A stretch of DNA of 64,000 nucleotides from Prochlorococcaceae cyanobacterium jk18x1bzbins.87 (GTDB lineage: Bacteria > Cyanobacteriota > Cyanobacteriia > PCC-6307 > Cyanobiaceae), in NCBI GenBank assembly GCA_022826535.1, contig JAJDUS010000043.1, positions 10,675 through 74,674 of the forward strand, given 5' to 3'. Made by a program: the position numbers and the translations under genes. The notes under the pieces were generated by a model. The model was not told the origin of the DNA and searched no databases. It worked only from the letters and a program-made list of their open reading frames with translations. Every line of letters begins with the position of its first letter. Position 1 is the stretch's first letter. Below are positions 42,363 to 50,986 of this stretch, piece after piece.

Positions 42363-43526
42363 TCAGCGGCCCATGCCAAGCTGTTGGGCTTTTTGATAAA
42401 CTTTCCCCTCGCTCAGCAGGGATGGGGCCACCATAATTTCCACCCGATGCATCTCTTTGATGGTGCATGCTCCCAGGGTACCCATGGAGGTGTGGAGGGC
42501 CCCCATCAGATTGTGGGTGCCATCGTCCAACCGGGCAGGACCACGGAGAATCTGCTCCAGGGTGCCCGTGGCGCCCACCCGGATCCGGGTGCCCCGGGGT
42601 AATACCGGCGATGGGGTGGCCATGCCCCAATGGAACCCGCGCCCTGGCGCTGTCGTTGCCCGGGCAATGGGGGAGCCAATCATCACCCCATCAGCCCCAC
42701 AGGCGATGCACTTGCAGATGTCCCCACCGGTCACGATGCCCCCATCGGCAATGATGGGCACATAGGCACCACCACTGCGCTCCACATCATCCCGTGCGGC
42801 GGCGCAATCGGCAATGGCTGTGGCTTGGGGAACACCCACCCCCAGCACCCCCCGGGAGGTGCAGGCCGCGCCAGGTCCAATGCCCACCATCACCCCCGCA
42901 GCGCCAGCCTGGATCAACTCCATGCACACTCCATAGGTGACGCAGTTACCCAACACTACCGGCACGGGCATCTCCTGGCAGAATGCTTTGAGGTCCAGCT
43001 TGTTTTGGCCAGGGGGGCTCTGGTGATGGGTGGAGACCACCGTGGCCTGGACAAAGAACAAGTCCGCTCCCGCCTGGGCCACGGCACGACCAAAGGCCAT
43101 GGCCCCCGCTGGGGTGGCGCTCACCGCAGCAATGCCCCCCGCCTCCTTGATCTCCCGCACCCGCTCCAGAATGAGTTCTTCCCGAACCGGTGCGCTGTAC
43201 AACTCCTGCATCAAGCCCACAAACTTATTCCCCTCCACTGTGGCGATGCGCTCCAGAGCCCTGCCGGGATCCTCGTAGCGGGCTTGTAGGCCCTCCAGAT
43301 TCAAGACCCCCAGGGCGCCCAACCGGGATAACTGCACCGCCATGGGCACATCCACCACGCTGTCCATGGCGCTGGCGAGGATGGGCATGGGGCGTTCAAT
43401 GCCCCCCAGGGTCCAATGGCTCTGCACAAGGGAAGGATCCACTGTGGCGCCGCCAGGGGCAAGGGCAATCTCGTCAATGCCATAGGCCCGTCGCACATGG
43501 CGAACCTGGCTCAGTTGAATGTCCAC
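42363..43526 (-). CDS. guaB: GuaB3-type IMP dehydrogenase
   Basis: AYGIDEIAL, ASAMD, GIGPGAACTSR, IADGG; no CBS domains. Confidence 0.93.
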   Translation of the reverse strand: MDIQLSQVRHVRRAYGIDEIALAPGGATVDPSLVQSHWTLGGIERPMPILASAMDSVVDVPMAVQLSRLGALGVLNLEGLQARYEDPGRALERIATVEGNKFVGLMQELYSAPVREELILERVREIKEAGGIAAVSATPAGAMAFGRAVAQAGADLFFVQATVVSTHHQSPPGQNKLDLKAFCQEMPVPVVLGNCVTYGVCMELIQAGAAGVMVGIGPGAACTSRGVLGVGVPQATAIADCAAARDDVERSGGAYVPIIADGGIVTGGDICKCIACGADGVMIGSPIARATTAPGRGFHWGMATPSPVLPRGTRIRVGATGTLEQILRGPARLDDGTHNLMGALHTSMGTLGACTIKEMHRVEIMVAPSLLSEGKVYQKAQQLGMGR

Positions 43527-43622
43527 GGGTTGTCCAAAGGCAGTCCATGGAGCGTATCAAGACGGACGAACCTGCCGCGGAGCCCAGGGCCATGGCAAGC
43601 TGTTCATCCCGGACCACCGCCC

Positions 43623-43721
43623 ATGAAACGCCCCCCCTGGCTCAACTGGCTCTACCTGCTGATCTTTCTTTGGTCCAGTTGGCATCTGGCGGGCATGTGG
43701 TGGCAACGGCTCCATGGGTGA
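43623..43721 (+). CDS. small single-TM protein (32 aa)
   Basis: MKRPPWLNWLYLLIFLWSSWHLAGMWWQRLHG; recalled as similar to a conserved picocyanobacterial small protein, not verified. Confidence 0.55.
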   Translation: MKRPPWLNWLYLLIFLWSSWHLAGMWWQRLHG

Positions 43722-43830
43722 GCAGGGATCATCCTTGATGGATCGCTCTGGTGGCCTCCACAGGGGGCGACTCCCAATAATCAAGCTTGGCTTCCCGTAA
43801 ATCCGGTATGGGGTGGCTGATGCACACAGA

Positions 43831-43953
43831 CCGTCACTCGCTTCTTGCTCTCGTACTCAAGGTCCGCAAAGCTCCTCTCCACCCTCTCCATCCCAGCAAA
43901 GCTCCAATCAGCGCTCCATCCTAACACCCCCAGAAGACTTGTTCAGAGGTGCC
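43831..43953 (-). mobile_element. IS5-subgroup left end with transposase N-terminal remnant
   Basis: TIR GGCACCTCTGAACAAG with CTAA outside; reads SFADLEYESKKRVT, like the IS5 InsH N-terminus. Confidence 0.7.
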
Positions 43954-44043
43954 CTAAACCGATTTCAATTCTACCATATCAGTCTGTGACAGTTTAGATA
44001 GTGTCCACTGAAGCGTCCTGATTCTTTTCACTACCTGTTAGGA

Positions 44044-44615
44044 ATTAAGACTTATCAGTTTTTCGCGCCCTCTCTTGTCAGTTTGCTGCTTCTGTTTTTC
44101 TTTCTGCTTGTGGTGGAAGTCCGCAAGTATCTGTAGCAGATGATGATGGCGAGACTCCTTTACATAAAGTCGCAAAAGAAAGCCCCGCAGGCTTCGGGTT
44201 CAGAGAGTTAAGAAAACAAAAATTGGCAAGGGTACGGGAACTAATAAAAACTGGTGCTGATGTAAATGCAAGAGATGATGATGGTCGTACTCCTTTATAT
44301 TACGCCGCATACGAAGGCGACTTGAAAATTGTACAGAAACTAATAAAAGCTGGTGCTGATGTGAACATAAAAGAAGATATTTGGGGTTATACTACTTTAC
44401 ATCAAACCGCAGGACGTTTGTTTCTTAGAAAAGAAAAAAGATTGAAAATTGTACAGGAACTAATAAAAGCTGGTGCTGATGTAAATGCAAGAACTAACAA
44501 TGGTTTTACTCCTTTAGATCTTGCCAAAGGAAGAGCTGCCGAATTAGAAATTGTGCAGGAACTAATAAAAGCTGGTGCTAAGGCAACTCTAATTCCTGAT
44601 CTAATTCTTGATTAA
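44044..44615 (+). CDS. ankyrin-repeat protein, probable lipoprotein; signal peptide frameshifted, start uncertain
   Basis: About 4 ankyrin repeats (GETPLH, GRTPLY, GYTTLH, GFTPLD; GADVN). In-frame upstream LSAC lipobox. Strongly AT-rich. Confidence 0.8.
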
Positions 44616-44704
44616 TTGAATCTGTATTGAGTCAGATTCTTTGTCTAGGGAAAGCGTTTGGAGTCTTTGGCATTGAGCCATGGCCCCTATCTAGCCTTTC
44701 CAAA

Positions 44705-44960
44705 GGGGCTTATGTAGCAAAGTGCCGAACCCCTACAAACTCCTCTTGAACACTAGGTTTTGGTAATATGAAGCAAGCTCTAAGGCTGCCGTTCTCAGGG
44801 ACGACGTACGCCAGTCGCACCTCAAAATGCCCGGCCCGGCTTTGGTTCTGGCTAGTCTCAAGTGAGTCTTGCTTTTCTGAACTCCTATTTTCATTGCCTT
44901 TTCAGGAAAAAGCTAGTGCTGAAGAGGCTTCTCAGTCTCGGCACTTGCTACATAAGCCCC
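44705..44960. mobile_element. 256-bp MITE-like element with IS1595/IS1016-like TIRs
   Basis: GGGGCTTATGTAGCAAAGTGCCGA ... TCGGCACTTGCTACATAAGCCCC; no TSD seen. Confidence 0.65.
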
Positions 44961-45034
44961 TTATCTCATCATGAGAAGGTTAGTCCTGGAGAGGGATTGC
45001 CCAGGCTAGCAGATTTTTCCAGGCGAGGCTTTAA

Positions 45035-45190
45035 GGAACCTCTGAACAAGTTTCCTTGGGGCTCTGATGAGCTTTGGGAAGTCCCTGTAGAGACAGGGGA
45101 AGCGAGAGCTTGATGATGTTGGCCTTTTCTTCTTGTCCTGTTTACAAATGATTGATTGAGGGAAAGCCCGGCAAACTTCCCCTTGGTCCA
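45035..45190 (-). mobile_element. IS5-subgroup right-end remnant
   Basis: TIR GGAACCTCTGAACAAG after TTAA; first ~80 nt homologous to the 110-bp MITEs; no second TIR. Confidence 0.65.
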
Positions 45191-45284
45191 GTTCGGCCTT
45201 ACAGCAATCCCAATGGCGGTTGAGCAGGGGAGCGCCACCCAGCCATCATGTCTTCACCGAACATCAACGAGCAAGGGAAGGATA

Positions 45285-45369
45285 CGGAGGGGGTGGGATT
45301 CGAACCCACGAACGCTTGCACGTTGACGGTTTTCAAGACCGTTGCCTTCAGCCACTCGGCCACCCCTCC
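45285..45369 (-). tRNA. tRNA-Ser(TGA)
   Basis: GGAGGGG acceptor stem, anticodon loop CTTGAAA, long variable arm, GGTTCGAATCC T-arm; CCA not encoded. Confidence 0.97.
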
Positions 45370-45460
45370 TCTGTGTTGTGCTGCTCCCAAGGAGCATAGG
45401 TACTCTGCCACAGCAAGTGGGCGGTTGCTTCCGCGTCCAGCCCACTTGCTGTCGGTGGCA

Positions 45461-47737
45461 TCAGGGTGCCTTCTCGGGCATGAGGCATTTGTCCGAGTCA
45501 CAGGCCATGGGGCCAACCTCCTCCTGGAGGCCGTGGTCGTGCCGTTGTAGGGCGGTGAAGAAGTCCTCCTCCCGGCGCCGCGTCAACACGGCGGCATGGA
45601 GCTGGTCATAGACCGCCTTGCTGATGGGCTCGAAGGGGAGACGGGGAAATGTGGCATTCGCGTCAAACCGGGCCAGCAGCGCTGCGGAGATGTAGCCACC
45701 GTCACCGTGGATGGCCTGGTGAATGGCCTCGGCGAGGGGCTGAATCTCCTTCTCCCGTAGCTCGATGGTGGCGCTGGTGTTGTGTCCCACGTAAAACTGC
45801 TGCACCTGCATGTAGAAATCAAACTGCGCTGTTGCGGAAAACCGGCTCAGGTCCACTTCATCGGCCCCAGGCAGACTGGCCCAACTCACCGCGGTGGGAA
45901 TTTCCACCAGCCACTCCGTGCAACGGGAATCAAAGGGATCATCCAATAGGCGACCTTGATCATCCTTATCGGTCTGGGAGGGAACGATGGTGTAGCCATA
46001 GTCCATACAGGCCAAGGCGACGGGATCATTCTTACGAAAGGTGATGCGGCGGATAAACCGCTGGGATTTTGGCGGATGCCACCCTGGGCTGGCCCCTGTG
46101 AGCAGACTCTTTGTGCCAGCGGGTTGAACGGTGGTACAGCGGTTGGGGACCCTGAGGCCATGGTCACGACAATACTCCTCCACGGTGCTTTGCACCACCT
46201 GGTTCCATCGCAGCAGACATTCCGCCTCCTGATCCAGAAACTGGCAACCGACTGCATGGCGGGGTCGTCCTTCGAGCCACCAGTGGAGCCATGGGGTCCC
46301 AAAGGCATGGACAAAGAAATCGAAGAGACCCGTGAAACTCACCCCCACAATGGGATCCATCTCACGACTGCGCTGGTAGCGCCCCACTGCAAAGCGATGA
46401 TTGAGCAGCACAACTGCTGCCAATGACGCGGCTTGGAAGGCGTTATCCTGCCCCTGGTGGTCTTCTGGGGAAATCAGGTTGAGATGCACCTCCGAGAGAT
46501 TGCAATGGAAGTCTGAACCGATAATCTCTCCGCAGGGGTTAAGCCCATAGCGGCCAAGGCGGTGCTCCATCTCCTGGGTAGGGATTGGCCGTCCATGGTT
46601 CTGCTCCAGCCAGCGACCAGCCTCCTGGCGTCCCTGGTCACAGTAGATCTCAATGAACTCTTGACGTAACTCGGCTGTGGTCAGGAGATCGGCATTGGCC
46701 CGGGCGATGGCCTCCGGAGCGAATTGAATGGCTCCCTCACCGGAGTGGTATTGACGCCGCACCGCATCCTCAATCACCTCCATGCTGGGGCGCCTATGAA
46801 ACACACGGGTGTGGTTGGCCATGCGCAGGGCATCCCGCTCAGGGTCAATGCGCCAACTGCCGTCTGGCCCCTGCTGCCAGAGATTGTCTTTGGCGGTGGC
46901 GGCCAGGCCATCTTGCGCGGCAAATTGGCGCATCCCCGCGGAGCGACGAATGTTGCCTGCCACGATGGTGACGGCCGCCTCATCAATGAGCAGGCAGCAC
47001 TCCACGGAACTGAGTTGGCGCCCCAGGGCCCCATTCAGAATGGCCGCCACCCGACCAAAGAGGTCCTGAAGCTTGATGGGATTTGCCACGCCGCCAAAGC
47101 CCTTCAGAGGTTCGCCAACGGGACGCACATGGGAGAGGTCAACTGTGATCTGCAATGGCGCCGCCGCCGTCAACCTCTCATCACTGGCCAGGTACAACAG
47201 CCGGCCATAGGCCTCCACCCAGCCGCTGCGACTGTCCCCCACGGTAATGGACCCATGGGACCCTTGAATCTGGTGCGTGGTGGTTTCCTGGCGGTCCTGG
47301 GAAGGGCATTGCCCAATGGGGATGACCCGGACCACCTGGAGGCGGTTCAGGATCGGAGGCAGATTTTCAATATGATGGGGCTCAATGACAGCGCCGGTGC
47401 CACAACCCATCATGGCCAGGTCCATCATCAGGGCAAAGGCTTCCCAATCCGCCAGGTTGGTGGATGTGCAGTTGTAGGCCCCGGAAAAATTTTCCGGTCT
47501 GTCCACCCACGGGGTGCCACCAATCCAGAGCCAGCGACCTGCTGGCAGGGCCTTGAGCTGCTCCTGCTGCTGGCGCAGCAAATTCACCTGATCCGGACGC
47601 AAGCGCCCCAGCCGGGCCAGCCCCTCCAGGCTGCGGTTGGTCACATCAGCCCAGGTTTCCCGATGGTGAAGCAGCTTACGGCTGTAGGTGCGAAAAAAAA
47701 CCGGATAGGCCGCTGGCGCCGCATCTGGAAATGTCAT
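45461..47737 (-). CDS. nrdJ: adenosylcobalamin-dependent (class II, monomeric) ribonucleotide reductase
   Basis: PAGRWLW.GG, AYNCTS, NPCGE..C, TTVQPAGTKS, C-terminal CDSDKC; no intein. Confidence 0.95.
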   Translation of the reverse strand: MTFPDAAPAAYPVFFRTYSRKLLHHRETWADVTNRSLEGLARLGRLRPDQVNLLRQQQEQLKALPAGRWLWIGGTPWVDRPENFSGAYNCTSTNLADWEAFALMMDLAMMGCGTGAVIEPHHIENLPPILNRLQVVRVIPIGQCPSQDRQETTTHQIQGSHGSITVGDSRSGWVEAYGRLLYLASDERLTAAAPLQITVDLSHVRPVGEPLKGFGGVANPIKLQDLFGRVAAILNGALGRQLSSVECCLLIDEAAVTIVAGNIRRSAGMRQFAAQDGLAATAKDNLWQQGPDGSWRIDPERDALRMANHTRVFHRRPSMEVIEDAVRRQYHSGEGAIQFAPEAIARANADLLTTAELRQEFIEIYCDQGRQEAGRWLEQNHGRPIPTQEMEHRLGRYGLNPCGEIIGSDFHCNLSEVHLNLISPEDHQGQDNAFQAASLAAVVLLNHRFAVGRYQRSREMDPIVGVSFTGLFDFFVHAFGTPWLHWWLEGRPRHAVGCQFLDQEAECLLRWNQVVQSTVEEYCRDHGLRVPNRCTTVQPAGTKSLLTGASPGWHPPKSQRFIRRITFRKNDPVALACMDYGYTIVPSQTDKDDQGRLLDDPFDSRCTEWLVEIPTAVSWASLPGADEVDLSRFSATAQFDFYMQVQQFYVGHNTSATIELREKEIQPLAEAIHQAIHGDGGYISAALLARFDANATFPRLPFEPISKAVYDQLHAAVLTRRREEDFFTALQRHDHGLQEEVGPMACDSDKCLMPEKAP

Positions 47738-47783
47738 CCAGTCTTCAGGTCTGGAATAGGGAGCTTACATTGCAAACTGCTAG

Positions 47784-47886
47784 GGAACCTCTGAACAAGC
47801 CGGAGTTGTCCGCCATCAGACTCCTGCTTTCCCTGTCTCGACTGAGCTTTCAATCGCTCTCAGAGCCTCAAGGGGACTTGTTCAGA
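47784..47886. mobile_element. MITE copy (IS5-type TIR), opposite orientation, second TIR truncated
   Basis: CTAG|GGAACCTCTGAACAAG...CTTGTTCAGA, fused to IS427 sequence. Confidence 0.75.
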
Positions 47887-48235
47887 ATCACCGCGGCAGC
47901 CGGCGGCAAATCCTTCAGCAGCAGATCAGGGCCAGCGAAGTCACTGCATTACCCCCCACTCCGGTGCAGCCGTCGGGGACGGCCTTTGCTGTTGCAGACC
48001 CCATGGAGCTTGCTGGTCATCCCCCCTTGGTGCCACCAATCAGGCGGGGTTCAGATCCCCCCCCACCCAGCACAGACCCCTCCGGATCCCATGGATGATG
48101 CCGCACAACACCTTGCGGTCATCCACCCGCTTCCCACCCCGTTCCTTGGGGAAAAGGGGCGGATGGCTGCAACCTGCTCCTGGCGCAGCCAAAACAACTG
48201 GGCCACCACCCGTCCTCCGGCCCGGGACGATCCTT
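47887..48235 (-). mobile_element. internal IS427-group transposase fragment
   Basis: LFPKERGGKRVDDRKVLCGII, MTSKLHG; homologous to the other copies. Confidence 0.75.
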
Positions 48236-48290
48236 GGGGGAGGGAATTTCAAGTGGTTGACATCATGGGATGAGAAGCGATGACTTCAGC

Positions 48291-48839
48291 TCAGCAGTAG
48301 GAAGCCAGGCTGTCCCGGGTGGAGACTCCTGTTTGAGGATTCGTCCCCTCAGCCATGGCACAGAGTTGCCGGGCCGCGCTCAAATCAAGCAGGGCATCAC
48401 TGAAATCCGCACCCTTGATCCGGGCCCCTTCCCAGCGGACACCTGTGGCAATGGCCTCACGGAGATCAGCATTGCGCAGGTCGGTGTTGCGGAAATCTGC
48501 AGCGTCCATCAGCACATTGCTCAGGGTGGCGCCCATGAAGCGGGCGCCTTGAAACACCCCCTTGGTCAGGATGGCGCCATGAAGGTTGCTGCCACTGAAA
48601 TCAGCCCCTCGGGCATGGGCGCCGGCAAAGGAGGTGTTCTCCAGATCCTGCTCCTGGAAATTCTCCCGATCATGGGTGGTGAGAGTGTAGTCCACCCGTC
48701 CTTGAAAGAGGGCCCGCTGCTCCAGGCCAGCAGCGGCGGCCAGACCATGACCACCGATGGGAAGCACCACACCCCCGCCAGCCACCAGGAGCAGGGTCAA
48801 CAGGAGACCTGCGCAACCCCGCTTGATGATGGTGTTCAT
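48291..48839 (-). CDS. pentapeptide-repeat protein with signal peptide
   Basis: A(D/N)LxxA-type repeats; C-terminal LC..A.GTNP.TGVSTRDSL. Confidence 0.9.
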   Translation of the reverse strand: MNTIIKRGCAGLLLTLLLVAGGGVVLPIGGHGLAAAAGLEQRALFQGRVDYTLTTHDRENFQEQDLENTSFAGAHARGADFSGSNLHGAILTKGVFQGARFMGATLSNVLMDAADFRNTDLRNADLREAIATGVRWEGARIKGADFSDALLDLSAARQLCAMAEGTNPQTGVSTRDSLASYC

Positions 48840-49122
48840 CCTTGAATTAAGGCCCTGCCTTATTCTACCATTGCGGATCAGGAATGGCTGCCTGCGACAC
48901 GGTTGGGCCCATTGCACCCGCTGCCCGCCAGGGATTGGCAAGGCAGAGGAACCCGTAGCCCGCCTTCCGGAAGGGTCAAGGAAACACTGGGGAAGCCTCG
49001 GTCCGCATATTCCCGCGTCCCTTCTCCCCGTGACCGCGGAAGCATATCCGCCATCAGGAAACCTCGACTACCGTGCCCTGGCCATCTTCCATTCCCCTGC
49101 AATACCCAACTCTCAACCATTA

Positions 49123-49345
49123 GGGTCAGGACTCATCACCAGAAAAAGACGGTGACGGCCAGGAGGATGGCAGAACGGAAGACGTGGGCGCTGCGGTCGT
49201 AGCGGGTTGCAAGACGCCGCCAGTCCTTCTGTCGGGAAAAGAGCATCTCGATTTGTGACGCCTGCGATCCAGCCTCTTGCTGTAATGGACTGGTTTCTTG
49301 CGGCAGTGACGGGGGCAGGATGCAAGGCGGGATGCTCTGCCCTGA
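49123..49345 (-). mobile_element. IS427-group right-end fragment
   Basis: TA|GGGTCAGGACTCATCA end plus transposase 3' sequence (RYDR). Confidence 0.75.
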
Positions 49346-49394
49346 AAATCAGCATCGGGATTAGAATTGGCCCTGGCTTCTTCCGATTTTAGAA

Positions 49395-50639
49395 ATGCAT
49401 CCGCATCCGATCTCTGTCACGTCCAAATTCACCTCGGCTCTGGGTTCCGGTCTCATGGCACTGGGCCTGTGTGCTGCCACAACCCCTGGCCTTACGCAAA
49501 CAGATCAGGTGGTCAAGATCGGTGTCCTTTTTGGCTTTACCGGCCCGATTGAGTCCCTCACTCCGCCCATGGCCACCAGTGGGGAGTTGGCCTTTAAGGA
49601 GATTTCAGACAGTGGGCAGTTTTTGGGGGGCAAAACCATTGAATCCGTACGGGCTGATTCCACCTGTGTTGATGCCGCCGCCGCCACAGCCGCTGCTGAG
49701 CGCCTGGTCACTTCAGATCAGGTGACTGCCATTCTCGGTGCGGATTGCTCCGGCGTCACCATTGCCGTCGCCAATAACGTTGCCGTTCCCAAAGGCATTG
49801 CCCTCATCTCCCCCTCAGCCACATCTCCAGCCCTCTCCACCATTGACGATAACGGCCTGTTCTTCCGCACATCCCCTTCTGATGCTCGCCAAGGGAAAGT
49901 GCTGGCCCAGGTGATCAAGGGGCGTGGCTACGACACCATTGCCATCACCTACACCAAGAATGACTACGGCAAGGGCCTGAGCGAGAGTTTGCAGGCAGGC
50001 TTTGAAGCCTTGGGTGGAATGGTCACCATCAACACGGCCCATGAGGACGGTAAGGCCGATTACACATCCGAGGTGGGTGAGTTGGCAGAGGCGGGCGGTG
50101 AACTGCTGGTGGTGCTTGGCTATGCCGACCAGGGCGGCATTGGCATTATTCGGGCGGCGCTGGATACCGGCGCCTTTGAAACCTTCGGATTGGCGGACGC
50201 CATGTACTCCCAGCCCTTCCTGGACGACATTGGGGCTGATGGCAATGATTTGACCGGTTCCTTTGGGACGGTGCCCGGCAATGAAGGCGAAGGGGCCGAT
50301 CTGTTCAGGGAGATTTCCATGGCTGCCGGTGGGGATGGGCAAAGTGCCTTCACTGGCGAGAGCTACGATGCAGCAGCCCTCATGGCCCTGGCCATGCAAA
50401 GGGGTGGCGAGGCCACATCAGAGGCGTTGGCCGGCAACATGATGGCTGTGGCCAATGCGCCAGGGGAAAAAATTCTGCCCGGGGAACTGGGCAAGGCGCT
50501 GGAGATCCTCGCGGCTGGTGGTGAGGTGGACTACGTGGGCGCCACGAATGTGGAGCTTGTCGGTCCTGGCGAGGCCTCCGGCAGCTATCGGGAATACAAA
50601 GTCCAAGGCGATGAATTCATAACCGTTCGGTTCCACTGA
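49395..50639 (+). CDS. branched-chain amino acid ABC transporter substrate-binding protein
   Basis: KIGVLFGFTGP, SPSATSPALS, FFRTSPSD, YDAAAL. Confidence 0.92.
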   Translation: MHPHPISVTSKFTSALGSGLMALGLCAATTPGLTQTDQVVKIGVLFGFTGPIESLTPPMATSGELAFKEISDSGQFLGGKTIESVRADSTCVDAAAATAAAERLVTSDQVTAILGADCSGVTIAVANNVAVPKGIALISPSATSPALSTIDDNGLFFRTSPSDARQGKVLAQVIKGRGYDTIAITYTKNDYGKGLSESLQAGFEALGGMVTINTAHEDGKADYTSEVGELAEAGGELLVVLGYADQGGIGIIRAALDTGAFETFGLADAMYSQPFLDDIGADGNDLTGSFGTVPGNEGEGADLFREISMAAGGDGQSAFTGESYDAAALMALAMQRGGEATSEALAGNMMAVANAPGEKILPGELGKALEILAAGGEVDYVGATNVELVGPGEASGSYREYKVQGDEFITVRFH

Positions 50640-50640
50640 C

Positions 50641-50890
50641 CGGGAAAGAACGGGATTCAAGCCCTGTCGTAAACGACGGCTTTTGATGCTAGACTGACCT
50701 TGACGCTTTTCTGGCGCTTCAGTCTTGAGACCCTCGCCGCCGCTGCGGCGGCGAGGCTGAATGGACGTGGAGACCATGGAAGACTCCCTCGGGAGCAGCA
50801 GGCCATGGGGCGTCAAGCCACCTGAATCCTGAATGCTCAGGCATCCAGAAAAGAAGGAATCCTCGCCATTCATGGGGAGGAGTCGTTCAA
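50641..50890 (+). mobile_element. non-autonomous IS200/IS605 mini-element (PATE) with omega-RNA-like right end
   Basis: TGAC immediately 5'. Left-end hairpin preceded by CAAG. Right-end hairpin CCTCGCCA-TTCA-TGGGGAGG preceded by GAAT and followed by a terminal TCAA. No tnpA/tnpB ORF. Confidence 0.75.
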
Positions 50891-50986
50891 GATGCGCTGC
50901 TGCTTCTGTGCTGCAAGGCCGTAGAAGCAATGTTCTTTGCCACAATGCCATGGGGAACGGAAGCTTAAGGTTCTGCCCCTCTGCTG

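Noticed and set aside
45461-47737. Intein or intron in nrdJ
   Set aside because: The 758-aa length is normal and there are no splice-junction or homing-endonuclease motifs.
47738-49120. Cobalamin riboswitch or SRP RNA near nrdJ or the pentapeptide gene
   Set aside because: B12-box and SRP consensus motifs were not found; only a CCTTCCGGAAGG palindrome (~48965), which is insufficient.
50641-50890. TldR/TnpB protein gene associated with the ABC operon
   Set aside because: No ORF with RuvC or zinc-finger features lies in or near the element. Only the RNA/ends are supported; a partner would have to be encoded elsewhere.
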